The notes: a model not told the origin generated them from the letters alone. A DNA stretch of 64,000 bases from Syntrophales bacterium (GCA_963662405.2 CAXXKT010000003.1:320001-384000), one strand, 5' to 3'. Counted from the stretch's first letter, positions 22,201-31,816 are shown. Translations and numbers: made by a program.

Positions 22201-24918
22201 AACGAAGATCACGCCGGATACCGGCAGTTGCTCCACGATCAGATTATGGGGCTCATTGCCGTAGGCGTTGGAACCAACATGACGGATCAACCGGGCGGTA
22301 TTTTTGTCAGGTCCGCAGAGCAGATATCGGACGAGGACAGTATCCTGCTTCGAACTGTTGCCCGCGCGATCATCACCGATGGTCAGGGAATGCTGGCGGA
22401 ACAGATCAACCGCAAGAGCCTCGTGGAATTAAATATGCCTCGCCTTACTCCGAGCCGGACTCACCGTGGCGCTCCTACGGCAATTGCCGCCTTGCCTCGC
22501 CACGATCTACTGTTTTTTAACGGACTCGGCGGATTCACCCCTGATGGCCGCGAGTACATCATTACCACCACGCATGATCAGGCGACTCCGGCACCATGGG
22601 TGAATGTCCTGGCGAACCCACACTTCGGAACCGTCATCTCGGAGAGCGGCTCTGCCTACACCTGGGCCGAGAATGCCCACGAGTTCCGCCTCACTCCCTG
22701 GTATAACGATCCCGTGAGCGATACAAGCGGGGAAGCGTTTTACCTCCGCGATGAAGAGAGCGGCCACTTCTGGTCTCCCATGCCCTTGCCCAGCCGTGGG
22801 GCAATGCCTTACGCCACCCGGCACGGATTCGGCTATAGCGTCTTTGAGCACACAGAGTGCGACATCCGCTCCGAGGTATGGGTCTACGTGGCCATGGATG
22901 AATCAATCAAGTTTACGGTGCTGAAAGTGAAAAACGAGTCCGGGCGGTCACGGCGGCTTTCTGCGACCGGATATGCGGAATGGGTTCTGGGAGATTTACG
23001 GCCCAAAACGACCATGCATGTGATCACCGAGATTGATCCCGTGAGTGGTGCGCTTTTTGCGCGTAACCCTTACAATACAGAATTTCCCGACAGGACTGCC
23101 TTTTTCGATGTGGACGAATCTACCCGAACGGTCAGTGGCGACCGGACGGAATTTCTGGGACGCAACGGCACGCTCGCCAATCCGGCGGCGATGACCCGTG
23201 TGCAGCTCTCCGACAGGGTAGGTGCGGCTCTGGACCCCTGCGCCGCTATTCAGGTTGCCTTCGAACTGGCCGCAGGGCAGGAACGTGAGATCGTCTTCAG
23301 ACTCGGCGTAGGGCAAAACGCCGAGGACGCCGGAAACCTGGTGCGGCGCTTCCGGAAACCTGCCGCCGTGCGCACCGCACTTGAAGAGGTTTCGCGGTAC
23401 TGGCAGCATACACTAAGCGCTGTAAAAGTAGAGACACCCGACCAGTCCCTTAACATACTCGCCAATGGCTGGCTCTTATACCAGACGCTGACATGCCGCC
23501 TGTGGGCGCGAAGCGGCTACTACCAGTCCGGAGGCGCCTATGGCTTTCGCGATCAGTTGCAGGACGTGATGTCGCTCATCCACACCGAGCCGCTCCTTGT
23601 GCGGGAGCACATCCTTCTTGCCGCGAGCCGTCAATTCCCCGAGGGTGATGTGCAGCACTGGTGGCATCCTCCTCAAGGTCGAGGCGTACGCACACGCTGT
23701 TCCGACGATTACCTCTGGCTGCCCTTTGCGGTATGCCACTACGTTCGAAGCACCGGAGATTACGGTGTATGGGACGAGAACATCTCTTTCCTCCAAGGCC
23801 ACGCAATAAGCGAAAACGAGGATTCCCATTACGATCTTCCAGATCGGACCCAGAAGGAAGCGGCCAGTTTGTACGAACACTGCGCAAGAGCCGTCTTGAA
23901 AGGGCTCAACTATGGCAAGCACGGATTGCCGCTCATGGGCTCCGGCGACTGGAACGACGGTATGAATATAGTGGGCGCAAAGGGGAAAGGCGAAAGCATC
24001 TGGCTGGGCTTTTTCCTGTATGACGTGCTGATGCAATTTACCGAGGTTGCCCGCAGGCGCGGCGATCTACCCTTCGCCCAGAGATGCAAGGCCGAAGCGG
24101 CTCAACTGCGCCGGAACATCGACCAGCATGGCTGGGATGGCGGGTGGTACCGCCGTGCTTACTTCGACGACGGTTCGCCGCTGGGGTCGATGGAAAACCC
24201 CGAATGCCGAATTGATTCGATTGCGCAGAGCTGGTCTGTCCTCTCCGGTGCGGGAAATGCCGAACACACGCGCCTCGCTATGGAGGCAGCGGATCAGCGG
24301 CTTGTTCACCGGGACCAGGGACTGATCCAACTTTTGGACCCGCCCTTCGACGCGTCTGATTTGAATCCCGGCTATATCCAGGGATACGTCCCCGGCGTGA
24401 GGGAAAACGGCGGGCAATACACCCACGGGGCAATCTGGCTGGCAATGGCCTTCGTGAAACTGGGCGACAACCGGCGCTCCTGGGAACTGACGGCCATGAT
24501 CAATCCGGTGAACCATACGAGGTCTCCTGAGTCGATTGCGACTTACAAAGTGGAACCCTACGTCATGGCGGCCGACGTCTATGCGTTTTCGCCGCACACC
24601 GGCCGGGGCGGATGGACATGGTACACCGGTTCGGCCGGCTGGATGTACCGGCTGATCGTGGAATTCCTCCTGGGGCTGAAGCTGGAGGCAGATACACTGA
24701 GTTTCGAACCGGTACTCCCGGCAGACTGGGAAGGTTTCAAGGTGCACTACCGGTATCGGGAAACGGTCTATCATATCGAGGTTATGCGCATGCATAAAGG
24801 CGACAGCAGAAAGAGTGTAACCGTCGACGGAGCACTGCAAGGAGATACAGCGATTCCCCTTGTTGACGACCGGCAGGAACACACAGTCGAGGTGAGAATA
24901 CCCGCCGGAGTGGACTGA
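16228..24918 (+). CDS. Cyclic beta-1,2-glucan synthase (NdvB/ChvB-like; GT + glucoamylase-like + GH94)
   Basis: 2896 aa; GYERKRGKL, TLDTDT, LSHDLLEG, RWIRGDWQ, SWSGSMFEYLMP, YQSGGAYGFRDQLQD, GDWNDG, RENGGQYTH. Confidence 0.95.
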   Translation: MKVDLINKTIPWILSHLRASLRGNDLTQKCASFEPPLRAELFSADQMEQHGKILAGSHEVTPRHAPDRLLRRLDENEDLLIGVHHLTTETAKANRRITPAGEWLLDNFYLIEEQIRTARRHLPKGYSRELPHLMNGPLASLPRVYDIALEMISHGDGRVDPEILSRFVAAYQTVTPLKLGELWAIPIMLRLALIENLRRVAARIATDRIDRNLADYWADQMTESAVKDPKSLILVVADMARSDPPLVSSFIAEITRRLQGQGPALSLPLTWLEHRLSEFNQTIQQMVLVENQQQAADQVSMSNSISSLRFLGAMDWREFVETMSGVERVLREDPRGVYGTMDFSTRDRYRHVVEKIARHSRFSESEVARTAIRLAQEGANGKEGNDRTAHVGFYLIDKGLPQLARTLKVRLSPSERLRKWSSRFSLFLYLGAIALIMAIFAGGGLAKAHVGALPGWAMVLIALLFGLGASQLAVSLANLLATLLATPHPLPRMDFSKGIPPEFRTLAVIPTMLTSTQNIEKLIEALEVRFLANRDANLHFGLLTDFQDARQEKLPEDEPLLRLARQRIEELNARYVNSQEDTFFLFHRPRLWNPEERIWMGYERKRGKLAALNALLRGEDRASECFSLVIGDIKVLSNVKYVITLDTDTQLPRDAAQQFVGAMAHPLNRARYDEKKQRICDGYGILQPRVAVSLTGMNRSRYAIMYGDEPGIDPYTRAVSDVYQDLFGEGSFIGKGIYDIEAFERTLKGRFPENRILSHDLLEGCYARAGLLSDVMLYEEYPPRYNADVNRRHRWIRGDWQLLQWVLSGVPGPDARLQINPLSWLSQWKIFDNLRRSLVPAALTLLLLLGWTVLSSGQGDWGACFWTLSVLGIILIPSMISSFLQALRKPDDVLLSQHLNSVLHSAGRSLAQATFTLVCLPYEAFFSLDAIVRTGWRMLVAHKRLLEWNSSDERFGSDRADLGSFCWSMWIAPVLAAAAVIDLMFSRPMSLVVAGPILGLWFVSPVVAWWISRPLVPLEARLTADQTAFLRMVARKTWSFFETFVGPEDHWLPPDNFQEHPNAVIAHRTSPTNMGLALLANLSAYDFGYLSAGQLIERTAQAFHTMEALERYRGHFYNWYDTQSLQPLQPAYISTVDSGNLAGHLLTLRQGLLALPDDPILGPRWLEGINDTVRVLVGIDGKTFSDQLADLQKLLTSAINSPPATLAAARLCLEQLATSAAEAATGINALDADPENQAQWWTRALAGQCQTALDDLTFLAPRASLSLSSDRESRCEMSGIDNIPTLRQLADLDGEANAEISRRAKVRIGAIEGLARQIDEIAYMEYDFLFDKACNLLSIGYNVSERRRDLSYYDLLASEARFCNFIAIAQGQLPQESWFALGRLLTTAGGEHILLSWSGSMFEYLMPLLVMPTYEHTLLDQTCKVAVARQLEYGKKRGVPWGSSESCYNAIDVDLNYQYRAFGVPDLGLKRGLVEDLVIAPYASALALMVAPEEACLNLERLAVEGLAGTYGFYEAIDYTPTRLPQGQSSVVIRSFMTHHQGMSFLSLAYVLLDRPMQKRFESEPMFQATLLLLQERIPKATAFFAHTAEFSDSYAAPMNTEAPVRLFGTPNTAKPEVHLLSNGRYHVMITNAGGGYSRWKDLAVTRWREDGTCDNWGTFCYLRDETSGEFWSTAYQPALKQADMYETVFTEAKAEFRCRHLDLDTRTEIAVSPEDDIELRRITITNRSGKRRTIDVTSYAEVVLASPAADALHPAFSKLFVQTEILHRQRAILCTRRPRSRDEHTPWMFHLMAVHGANIGDISYETDRSQFIGRGNTVVNPQAMGDASLLSGSDGSVLDPIVSIRYYVTLDAEETATVNIVSGIGETRDAALSLVGKYQDRRLADRVFDLAWTHSDIFLRQINATETDAQLYGSLAGSMIYANAVLRADASVIFKNHRGQSGLWGYAISGDLPILLLRVEDAVNIDLVRQIIQAHTYWRLKGLKTDLVIWNEDHAGYRQLLHDQIMGLIAVGVGTNMTDQPGGIFVRSAEQISDEDSILLRTVARAIITDGQGMLAEQINRKSLVELNMPRLTPSRTHRGAPTAIAALPRHDLLFFNGLGGFTPDGREYIITTTHDQATPAPWVNVLANPHFGTVISESGSAYTWAENAHEFRLTPWYNDPVSDTSGEAFYLRDEESGHFWSPMPLPSRGAMPYATRHGFGYSVFEHTECDIRSEVWVYVAMDESIKFTVLKVKNESGRSRRLSATGYAEWVLGDLRPKTTMHVITEIDPVSGALFARNPYNTEFPDRTAFFDVDESTRTVSGDRTEFLGRNGTLANPAAMTRVQLSDRVGAALDPCAAIQVAFELAAGQEREIVFRLGVGQNAEDAGNLVRRFRKPAAVRTALEEVSRYWQHTLSAVKVETPDQSLNILANGWLLYQTLTCRLWARSGYYQSGGAYGFRDQLQDVMSLIHTEPLLVREHILLAASRQFPEGDVQHWWHPPQGRGVRTRCSDDYLWLPFAVCHYVRSTGDYGVWDENISFLQGHAISENEDSHYDLPDRTQKEAASLYEHCARAVLKGLNYGKHGLPLMGSGDWNDGMNIVGAKGKGESIWLGFFLYDVLMQFTEVARRRGDLPFAQRCKAEAAQLRRNIDQHGWDGGWYRRAYFDDGSPLGSMENPECRIDSIAQSWSVLSGAGNAEHTRLAMEAADQRLVHRDQGLIQLLDPPFDASDLNPGYIQGYVPGVRENGGQYTHGAIWLAMAFVKLGDNRRSWELTAMINPVNHTRSPESIATYKVEPYVMAADVYAFSPHTGRGGWTWYTGSAGWMYRLIVEFLLGLKLEADTLSFEPVLPADWEGFKVHYRYRETVYHIEVMRMHKGDSRKSVTVDGALQGDTAIPLVDDRQEHTVEVRIPAGVD

Positions 24919-25068
24919 GTAGTGCAGATCGGTTTAAGATTTCCCATATATTTACTTCCCCTCTATGGATAATCAAAAACCCGGGAATCTACTTTCAGCC
25001 TGCGAATGACTCACTTTTTGAGCATTTTTTTGAGTTGATTTTTTTCGAAAGTCTGTATAGCATTCAAT

Positions 25069-27123
25069 ATGATATGGAGACAAGAAAAAAGCAGAGGAAT
25101 TAGGGAGATGAGCGATATTATGCCTTCCCCCAAGACCATACAAACAAAGCAGCAGCTTCTCCTTGAGGTGGAAAAGCTTCAGGCGAGGCTTGATGCCTCA
25201 GAGAGGCGCTTACAGGAGACCAACGACATATTACAAGCTCAAATCGCCGAGCGCAAGCGAGCAGAGGAAGCCTTTGAGGAAGTTCAGGGATACACTAAAG
25301 ACATCGTGGAGACAATACGTGAACCACTTATCGTGCTTGACTCCGACCTGAAAGTTATCTCGGCAAATCGCTCCTTCTATGAAACCTTCCAAGTATTGCC
25401 TGAAGAGACCGAGGAAAGATTTATCTTTGAGGTGGGCAATCACCAGTGGGATATTCCTGCATTACGAAAGCTGTTAGAAGAAATTGTTCCCCAAAATACC
25501 CACTTCAATGATTTCGAGGTCGACCACACGTTTCCACACATTGGGCGGAAAAGGATGAATCTCAACGCTCGTCGGGTCTTTCGTGAAGGTAAAGGCACGG
25601 ATAAGATACTCCTTGCTTTTAAGGACATTACCGACCAAAAGCGGGCAGAAGAGGCACTCAAATTCTCTGAAAAGCGATACCGCCGCCTTTTTGAAACAGC
25701 CCAGGATGGAATATTAATCCTCGATGCCGAAACAGGGCAAATATCGGATGTGAACCCCTTCCTGACAGAAATGTTGGGTTATTCGCATGAGGACTTTTTA
25801 GGAAAGAAACTCTGGGAAATTGGGCTCTTTAAAGATATTGACGCATCGAAGGCCACCTTTTCGGAATTGCAGGATAACGGGTATGTCCGCTACAAAGATT
25901 TACCACTTGAGACAAAAGACGGACGGGTCATAGCCGTAGAGTTTGTCAGTAACGTCTATCTGGTCAATCATCATAAAGTGATTCAGTGCAACATCCGTGA
26001 TATCACCGAACGGAAACTTATAAGAGCGGCTTTACAAAAATCCCACGACGAACTGGAACAACGCGTTGAGAAACGGACACTCGAACTTCGGACGGCTCTT
26101 TCCGAGATTCAAACAATGAAAGACCGGCTAGAGGCCGAGAATATTTACTTCCGTAAAGAGGTCAAGAGAAGGGGCCAATCCAGCAATATAATAGGGCAAA
26201 GTGACGGGATCAAATATGCTCTCTATCGGGCGGAACAAGTTGCTCCTTCGAACACGACGGTCCTCATCCTTGGTGAGACCGGCACAGGGAAGGAACTGAT
26301 CGCTTTTGCCATCCATGAGATGAGCCCCCGCAAGGAGCGGCCGCTTATCACGGTCAACTGTGCTGCCCTGCCGGGCAATTTAATTGAGAGCGAACTATTC
26401 GGCCGGGAGAAGGGGGCATTTACCGGGGCCGATACCCGGCAGATCGGCCGATTTGAAATTGCCCATGGTTCCACCATTTGCCTGGACGAGATCGGGGAGT
26501 TGCCGCTGGAGTTGCAGGCAAAGCTGCTCCGGGTGATTCAGTATAACGAGTTTGAGCGCCTGGGCTCGTCCCATACCATCAAAGTCGATGTGCGGATTAT
26601 AGCTACGACCAATCGAACCCTTGAGGAAGAGGTCCGCAAAGGCCGGTTTCGGCAGGACCTTTACTATCGGCTCAACGTCTTCCCCATCACTGTTCCACCA
26701 TTGCGGCAGCGGAAAGAAGACATCCCATTATTGGTACAGATCTTCGTAGAGCGATACTCCAAGAAATTGGGCAAACAGATCACGTCGATCCAGAAGGAGA
26801 CGATGAAGGAACTACAGGATTACCCGTGGCCCGGGAACATCCGGGAGTTGGAAAGCATCGTTGAACGGGCAGCGATATTGTGCCCCGGGCCTGTCTTGCA
26901 TCTGGTAGATAAACTGAAGATTTCATCCTCTGCACTTTCATCAACCTTTAGGACATTGGAAGAGTCGGAGCGAAACCAGATTCTTAAAATTCTTTCTGAG
27001 ACAGGGTGGCGCATCGAGGGAAAGGACGGGGCCGCAGCGATCCTTGGCCTCAACCCAAGCACCTTACGAGCGAGAATGCATAAGCTTGGGATAGTCCGGC
27101 CGGAGATAAAAGAGCCCCAATAG
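25069..27123 (+). CDS. PAS-domain sigma-54-dependent transcriptional activator
   Basis: Two PAS domains, [23 protein letters not shown]-terminal Fis-type HTH. Confidence 0.95.
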   Translation: MIWRQEKSRGIREMSDIMPSPKTIQTKQQLLLEVEKLQARLDASERRLQETNDILQAQIAERKRAEEAFEEVQGYTKDIVETIREPLIVLDSDLKVISANRSFYETFQVLPEETEERFIFEVGNHQWDIPALRKLLEEIVPQNTHFNDFEVDHTFPHIGRKRMNLNARRVFREGKGTDKILLAFKDITDQKRAEEALKFSEKRYRRLFETAQDGILILDAETGQISDVNPFLTEMLGYSHEDFLGKKLWEIGLFKDIDASKATFSELQDNGYVRYKDLPLETKDGRVIAVEFVSNVYLVNHHKVIQCNIRDITERKLIRAALQKSHDELEQRVEKRTLELRTALSEIQTMKDRLEAENIYFRKEVKRRGQSSNIIGQSDGIKYALYRAEQVAPSNTTVLILGETGTGKELIAFAIHEMSPRKERPLITVNCAALPGNLIESELFGREKGAFTGADTRQIGRFEIAHGSTICLDEIGELPLELQAKLLRVIQYNEFERLGSSHTIKVDVRIIATTNRTLEEEVRKGRFRQDLYYRLNVFPITVPPLRQRKEDIPLLVQIFVERYSKKLGKQITSIQKETMKELQDYPWPGNIRELESIVERAAILCPGPVLHLVDKLKISSSALSSTFRTLEESERNQILKILSETGWRIEGKDGAAAILGLNPSTLRARMHKLGIVRPEIKEPQ

Positions 27124-27148
27124 AGCGTCCATCTCCCCTCAAAATATT

Positions 27149-27298
27149 CCTCAAGATATTGAGGGTTCCACCAAACACTGAGGCCAAACGAATGGTTTCA
27201 TACCTTTCTGCTGCTGCCTCCTATCAATCTAATTTACTGTTAATAAAGGATGAATCAAAACTTATAAATTCCCTTCGGCTACTGGCAAGCTATTTGCT
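27149..27298 (+). promoter_or_regulatory. Sigma-54 promoter with activator sites, copy 2
   Basis: TGGCAAGCTATTTGCT 27283-27298; CCTCA-AGATAT-TGAGG 27149-27164. Confidence 0.82.
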
Positions 27299-27309
27299 GT
27301 TATCTTTTT

Positions 27310-27615
27310 ATGATCCTCGTAATTACACAAATGAAGGTTGTTTCTGAAAAACGCATGGAATTGTTACAGACGATTGCTTCACTGTCTGATTTCATAGGGC
27401 TGGAGAAAGGATGCAATCGCTGTAACTTATGCCAGAGCATAGAGGATGAAAATAGACTCTTTCTTCTTGAAGAATGGGATACCAGGAAGAGCCTTATGGT
27501 CCATATGAGGTCGGAGCGATATAAGGTGTTACGGGGAGCAATGAACCTTCTTCAAGAGACCTACGAAATGATGTTCCACACCGGTTTCCATTCGGAGGGA
27601 ATGGAGGATATTTAA
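27310..27615 (+). CDS. Antibiotic biosynthesis monooxygenase (ABM)-family protein, copy 1
   Basis: EKGC...EDENRLFLLEEWDT...HMRS. Confidence 0.8.
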   Translation: MILVITQMKVVSEKRMELLQTIASLSDFIGLEKGCNRCNLCQSIEDENRLFLLEEWDTRKSLMVHMRSERYKVLRGAMNLLQETYEMMFHTGFHSEGMEDI

Positions 27616-27686
27616 TGAGGAGATTTAATGTGAAACAGCTTTTACTGAAATAGATGGAGGGATTTTTCCTCAGAAAGGAGGAGCAT

Positions 27687-27836
27687 ATGTTGTGGACGGT
27701 TGCTGCTGTACTGGTAATTTTGTGGCTGCTGGGTCTGGTGAGCAGCTATACGTTGGGTGGGTTCATTCATGTCCTGCTGGCCGTTGCCATTGTTGTTGTG
27801 TTGATCAGAGTCATTCAGGGGAGAAGAGTGTTGTAG
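27687..27836 (+). CDS. lmo0937-like small membrane protein
   Basis: MLWTVAAVLVILWLLGLVSSYTLGGFIHVLL; RBS aggagg. Confidence 0.85.
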   Translation: MLWTVAAVLVILWLLGLVSSYTLGGFIHVLLAVAIVVVLIRVIQGRRVL

Positions 27837-27994
27837 CGCGTAAGTTCCTTGCCGGAGAAGGTGAGGTTTTTGAAGAGGAAGGAAGCAAGCACATCTCCGG
27901 AAAGATTTTGCCGAATCGTTTGATATCTTAGGGTAGAAAAGGTTTCGTAATGAGTCATTTACAATCAAAGTCACAGAAGAGAGGAATACTTCCC

Positions 27995-28309
27995 ATGAAG
28001 AAGAGAAATATTGTTATCCATTTTTTAGTGATTCTTATGCTGATCGCCACCTTTGCAGCCTGTGCATCGACACGCACACAGTCAAGTGCAGGTGAATACG
28101 TTGACGATTCGATCATAACGACAAAGGTAAAATCCCTGCTTGCGGAAGATGATTTTCTCAAGTCATTTCAGATCAGTGTCGAGACTTACAAGGGCGCCGT
28201 TCAACTGAGCGGCTTTGTTGATTCTCAAAAGGCTGTCGATAAAGCGGGTGAAATAGTAAGGAGCGTTACAGGGGTCACATCCGTAAAGAATGATCTGATC
28301 GTGAAATAG
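27995..28309 (+). CDS. BON-domain (OsmY-like) lipoprotein
   Basis: Lipobox FAAC; DDSIITTKVKS, VETYKGAVQLSGFV, VTGVTSVKNDL. Confidence 0.9.
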   Translation: MKKRNIVIHFLVILMLIATFAACASTRTQSSAGEYVDDSIITTKVKSLLAEDDFLKSFQISVETYKGAVQLSGFVDSQKAVDKAGEIVRSVTGVTSVKNDLIVK

Positions 28310-28686
28310 ATGAAGAAGAAATACCTTGAAATCAAGCACGAATGACCGGCTGGAAGGCACGTTTCACCAAATGAAGGGCAAAACTAAATAATTGTACGGC
28401 TCAACAAAATCAACCCCATCGTGAGATGAAGGTAATGAGCTGTGTTTCTCCATACTGACGAGGAAAATGAGGGTTAAAAGATGGAAAAGATGCTTAGAAA
28501 AAGTTCTTATTTAGTCGGCGTTCAAGCTATTTATCGCAATGGTGAGCTGATCTATAGCGGACAACAAACCAAGGTCGATATGAAATCCAATCAGGTGCAG
28601 GGGGGAACAGATAAGAAAGACGAGGACAATAATCAAAATAAATCATGAAAAAACAACAGTAACAACAATAAAGGGATAACATATAA

Positions 28687-28986
28687 ATGAAAAAATACAC
28701 AGAATAGTAGTAACAATGACAGCGATGGCATCTAATGATGCTCAGTATGCCTGCGTACGCGTCCAAAGTGGATGACCTCATCGAATCATCAGCCAGAAAT
28801 TCGTATGTGTTCAAGACCTGCCTCAAGGGTGATGATATCAAAGTCGAATCCAAAGACAGTGCTGTTACCTTGACGGGGATCGTCTCCGAGGAATCTCATA
28901 AGTCATTGGCCTAGGAGACCGTAGCAAGTCTCTCAGGTGTCAAGAGTGTGGACAACAAACTGGAAGTTAAAGGGGGACAGCTGTAA
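28687..28986 (+). pseudogene. Second BON-domain gene, disrupted
   Basis: SYVFKTCLKGDDIKVESKDSAVTLTG...SLA*ETVASLSGVKSVDNKLEV; TAG at 28912-14 and a 5' frameshift. Confidence 0.75.
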
Positions 28987-29082
28987 GGGGCCGCAGTGAT
29001 CCTGGGTCTACACCCAAGCACCTTAAGATCAAGAATGTATAAGCTCGGGATAGTCCGTCCGGAGACAGAAAAACCGGATTAG
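28987..29082 (+). pseudogene. Duplicated HTH tail of the sigma-54 activator
   Basis: [26 protein letters not shown] matches 27028-27123. Confidence 0.85.
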
Positions 29083-29107
29083 GCTGTCCGCCTCCCTTTA
29101 AAGTATC

Positions 29108-29256
29108 CCTCAATATATCGAGGTTCCACGAAATATTGAGGCTGTATGAATCATCTTAACCCCTTCCGTCGTTCCCTCCTGATGATCTAATGGACTGTTA
29201 TTATAGGATGAATCAAAGCCCCTGGTCTTTCTTCAGTGATTGGCAAGCTATTTGCT
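29108..29256 (+). promoter_or_regulatory. Sigma-54 promoter with activator sites, copy 3
   Basis: TGGCAAGCTATTTGCT 29241-29256; CCTCA-ATATAT-CGAGG 29108-29123. Confidence 0.8.
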
Positions 29257-29267
29257 GTTATCTTTTT

Positions 29268-29573
29268 ATGATCCTCGTAATTACACAAATGAAGGTTGTT
29301 TCTGAAAAACGCATGGAATTGTTACAGACGATTGCTTCACTGTCTGGTCCCATAGGACTGGAGAAAGGATGCAAGCGCTGCAACTTATGCCAGAGCATAG
29401 AGGATGAAAATAGACTCTTTCTTCTTGAAGAATGGGATACCAGGAAGAGCCTTATGGTCCATATGAGGTCGGAGCGATATAAGGTGTTACGGGGAGCAAT
29501 GAACCTTCTTCAAGAACCCTGTGAAAAATCGTTTTACACTGTTTACCATCCGAAGGAAATAAATGATATTTAA
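29268..29573 (+). CDS. ABM-family protein, copy 2
   Basis: Nearly identical to 27310-27615 until the last ~18 codons. Confidence 0.8.
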   Translation: MILVITQMKVVSEKRMELLQTIASLSGPIGLEKGCKRCNLCQSIEDENRLFLLEEWDTRKSLMVHMRSERYKVLRGAMNLLQEPCEKSFYTVYHPKEINDI

Positions 29574-29629
29574 GAAAGATACAGAGGAGCTACAGCACAC
29601 ACCACAATTCAGAAGGAAAGGAATGATCG

Positions 29630-29992
29630 ATGAAAGCAGAGATGAAAGTAAAGATGAAATACGGGTGTTGGGGAATGATTTGCGGGGCTGTTATTGCAAT
29701 GATTATCGGATTTTCATGGGGTGGTTGGGTAACCGATAGCACGAGCCAGGCGAAGAGCGGTGAGGCCGTCTTGGCCAACCAGGCGGCGATTTGTGTCGCC
29801 CAATTCATGGAGGAACCGAACAGTCAAGAAAATCTCAAAGTATTTGAAGCGATGGAGAGCTACAAACGATCCGAATTTATTGAAAAGGGTGGGTGGAACA
29901 AAATGCCTGGGCAAACAGAGGCCAACTACGGTGTTTCCTACGCATGTGTCTCGGGACTAGAAGCTCTTATCAAGAAACAGAAGAATCAATAA
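29630..29992 (+). CDS. Hypothetical membrane-anchored protein
   Basis: TM segment followed by GFSWGGWVT; two distal Cys. Confidence 0.7.
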   Translation: MKAEMKVKMKYGCWGMICGAVIAMIIGFSWGGWVTDSTSQAKSGEAVLANQAAICVAQFMEEPNSQENLKVFEAMESYKRSEFIEKGGWNKMPGQTEANYGVSYACVSGLEALIKKQKNQ

Positions 29993-30004
29993 TGGGGATT
30001 AAAA

Positions 30005-31816
30005 ATGCCGAAAGGAAAAGTAACATTGTTTAATATTTCAGGCACCCAGCCCCGCCATCCGCTTGGAACCAAGGCTCATATCTTGTTGACTAGCGTTTTC
30101 GGCCCCTACGCTCAGGATGATGAATATGGCAGCCGTAAAATCAACCCGATGGAATTGTATCAGAATCAGGTAACGCGCACTCAGGGAGGCTTCTCGCTTC
30201 GTATGTTTCATCGCTCCTTCGGTCTCATGATGATTCAGGCCAACCTCGAAGCTCCCTGTACACTTCTTGATTTTCCTGATCTTGAAAGATTCGTCGAGGA
30301 AATCCGGAACCATGCCTATGATGTCATCGGCATCAGCGGGATTCTTCCCAATGTCGGGAAGGTCGAGAAAATGTGTCAACTCATTCGGCAGCATCAGCCT
30401 GCTGCCACGATTATCATTGGGGGTCATATTACCAGCAAAGAGGGGCTCAAGCAGATGATCGATGCGGATATTATTGTCCGCGGCGAGGGCATCCGATGGT
30501 TTCAGCGATACTTGGGACAGGATGACAAGGCACCAATCAAGCACACCATGACCATATCCGGTTTTGGCGGCAGAATCATGGGCATTGATCTTGGCAGCAG
30601 ACCCGGCGGGACGGCTGCAATCCTGATCCCCTCGGTCGGTTGCCCAGTTGGATGTAATTTCTGTGCAACGTCCGCCTTGTTTGGAGGCAAGGGCAAATTC
30701 GTCCATTTCTACGAAACAGGTGATGAACTCTATGCTGTCATGTGCGAGATCGAAAAGAAGCTCAAGGTAAGATCCTTTTTTACTTTGGACGAAAATTTCC
30801 TCCTTCACAAAAAAAGAGCACTCAGGCTCCTCGAACTGATGGAGGACAACAATAAAAGCTGGGCGATCTTTGTTTTCAGCTCCGCCCGGGTTTTGAAATC
30901 CTACACTATCGATCAACTGGTAAGACTTGGCATCGGTTGGGTCTGGATGGGACTGGAAGGAGAAGAGAGTGCCTATGACAAGTTAAAAGGCGTGGATACC
31001 CGTGATTTGGTAAGAACTCTGCAATCTCAGGGTATCCGTGTCCTGGGGTCTTCTATCATCGGACTCGAAGATCACCGTCCGGAAAACATCAATGCCATTA
31101 TAAATTATGCAATCAGCCACGAAACGGTCTTTCACCAGTTCATGCTCTATTCACCCGTTCCGGGAACGTTCCTCTATGAAAAGCATAAGAAGGAAGGTAC
31201 GCTGCTTTCAGAGTTAGAATTTTCCTATGCCGACGCCCATGGGCAGTATCGCTTCAACTATCGCCATCAGCATATCAGGGACGGGCAGGAAGAACAGTAT
31301 CTGCTGGATGCTTTCCGGAGCGACTTTAAGGTTAATGGCCCTAGCCTGTTGCGCTTGATCAGGGTTCTGCTCAACGGTTGGCAGACCCATAAGGATCAAC
31401 CGCTGCGTATCCGGAATCGTTTCGCCTGGGAGGTATTTCCCGTACGATCAACGTATGCCGGTGCCGTCTGGGCTATGAGAAAGTGGTATCATGACGATCA
31501 GAGAATGGCCGGGATGGCCGATAGACTCCTCAAGGACATATACGACACGTTTGGTTGGTCGACTAGACTAATCACGCCATTTTTTGGCAGGTATGCCTAT
31601 TTTATGCTGAAGAAGGAGGAAGAACGACTTGCCGCAGAATGGACTTATGAACCTCATTGTTTTTGTGAGAAAAATCTTGCTGCCCGTATGCTGAAAAAGA
31701 AAGAACCCGTAAAACGCAAGACCGAAGCGGGAAAGCTTCACCCTGTATGTGCACCACGAAACTACACAAGAGAAGAGGGGGTGTCCCTCGAAATCGGCTC
31801 TCAGGAACCGGCTTAA
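30005..31816 (+). CDS. Cobalamin-binding radical SAM protein
   Basis: B12-type IIIGGH...GEG region and CPVGCNFC (CxxxCxxC). Confidence 0.88.
   Translation: MPKGKVTLFNISGTQPRHPLGTKAHILLTSVFGPYAQDDEYGSRKINPMELYQNQVTRTQGGFSLRMFHRSFGLMMIQANLEAPCTLLDFPDLERFVEEIRNHAYDVIGISGILPNVGKVEKMCQLIRQHQPAATIIIGGHITSKEGLKQMIDADIIVRGEGIRWFQRYLGQDDKAPIKHTMTISGFGGRIMGIDLGSRPGGTAAILIPSVGCPVGCNFCATSALFGGKGKFVHFYETGDELYAVMCEIEKKLKVRSFFTLDENFLLHKKRALRLLELMEDNNKSWAIFVFSSARVLKSYTIDQLVRLGIGWVWMGLEGEESAYDKLKGVDTRDLVRTLQSQGIRVLGSSIIGLEDHRPENINAIINYAISHETVFHQFMLYSPVPGTFLYEKHKKEGTLLSELEFSYADAHGQYRFNYRHQHIRDGQEEQYLLDAFRSDFKVNGPSLLRLIRVLLNGWQTHKDQPLRIRNRFAWEVFPVRSTYAGAVWAMRKWYHDDQRMAGMADRLLKDIYDTFGWSTRLITPFFGRYAYFMLKKEEERLAAEWTYEPHCFCEKNLAARMLKKKEPVKRKTEAGKLHPVCAPRNYTREEGVSLEIGSQEPA

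Noticed and set aside
16362..24882. Many antisense/overlapping ORFs inside the glucan synthase gene (likewise inside groEL, ftsH, radical SAM and 61868-63811)
   Set aside because: Shadow ORFs of GC-rich coding sequence with no recognisable motifs.
28560..28720. A-rich low-complexity tract as a possible repeat array
   Set aside because: No regular period or conserved repeat unit.
11345..28914. Stop-codon readthrough or recoding (in-frame TAG/TGA in several genes)
   Set aside because: The same genes carry other lesions, and intact genes here use TAG and TGA as normal stops.
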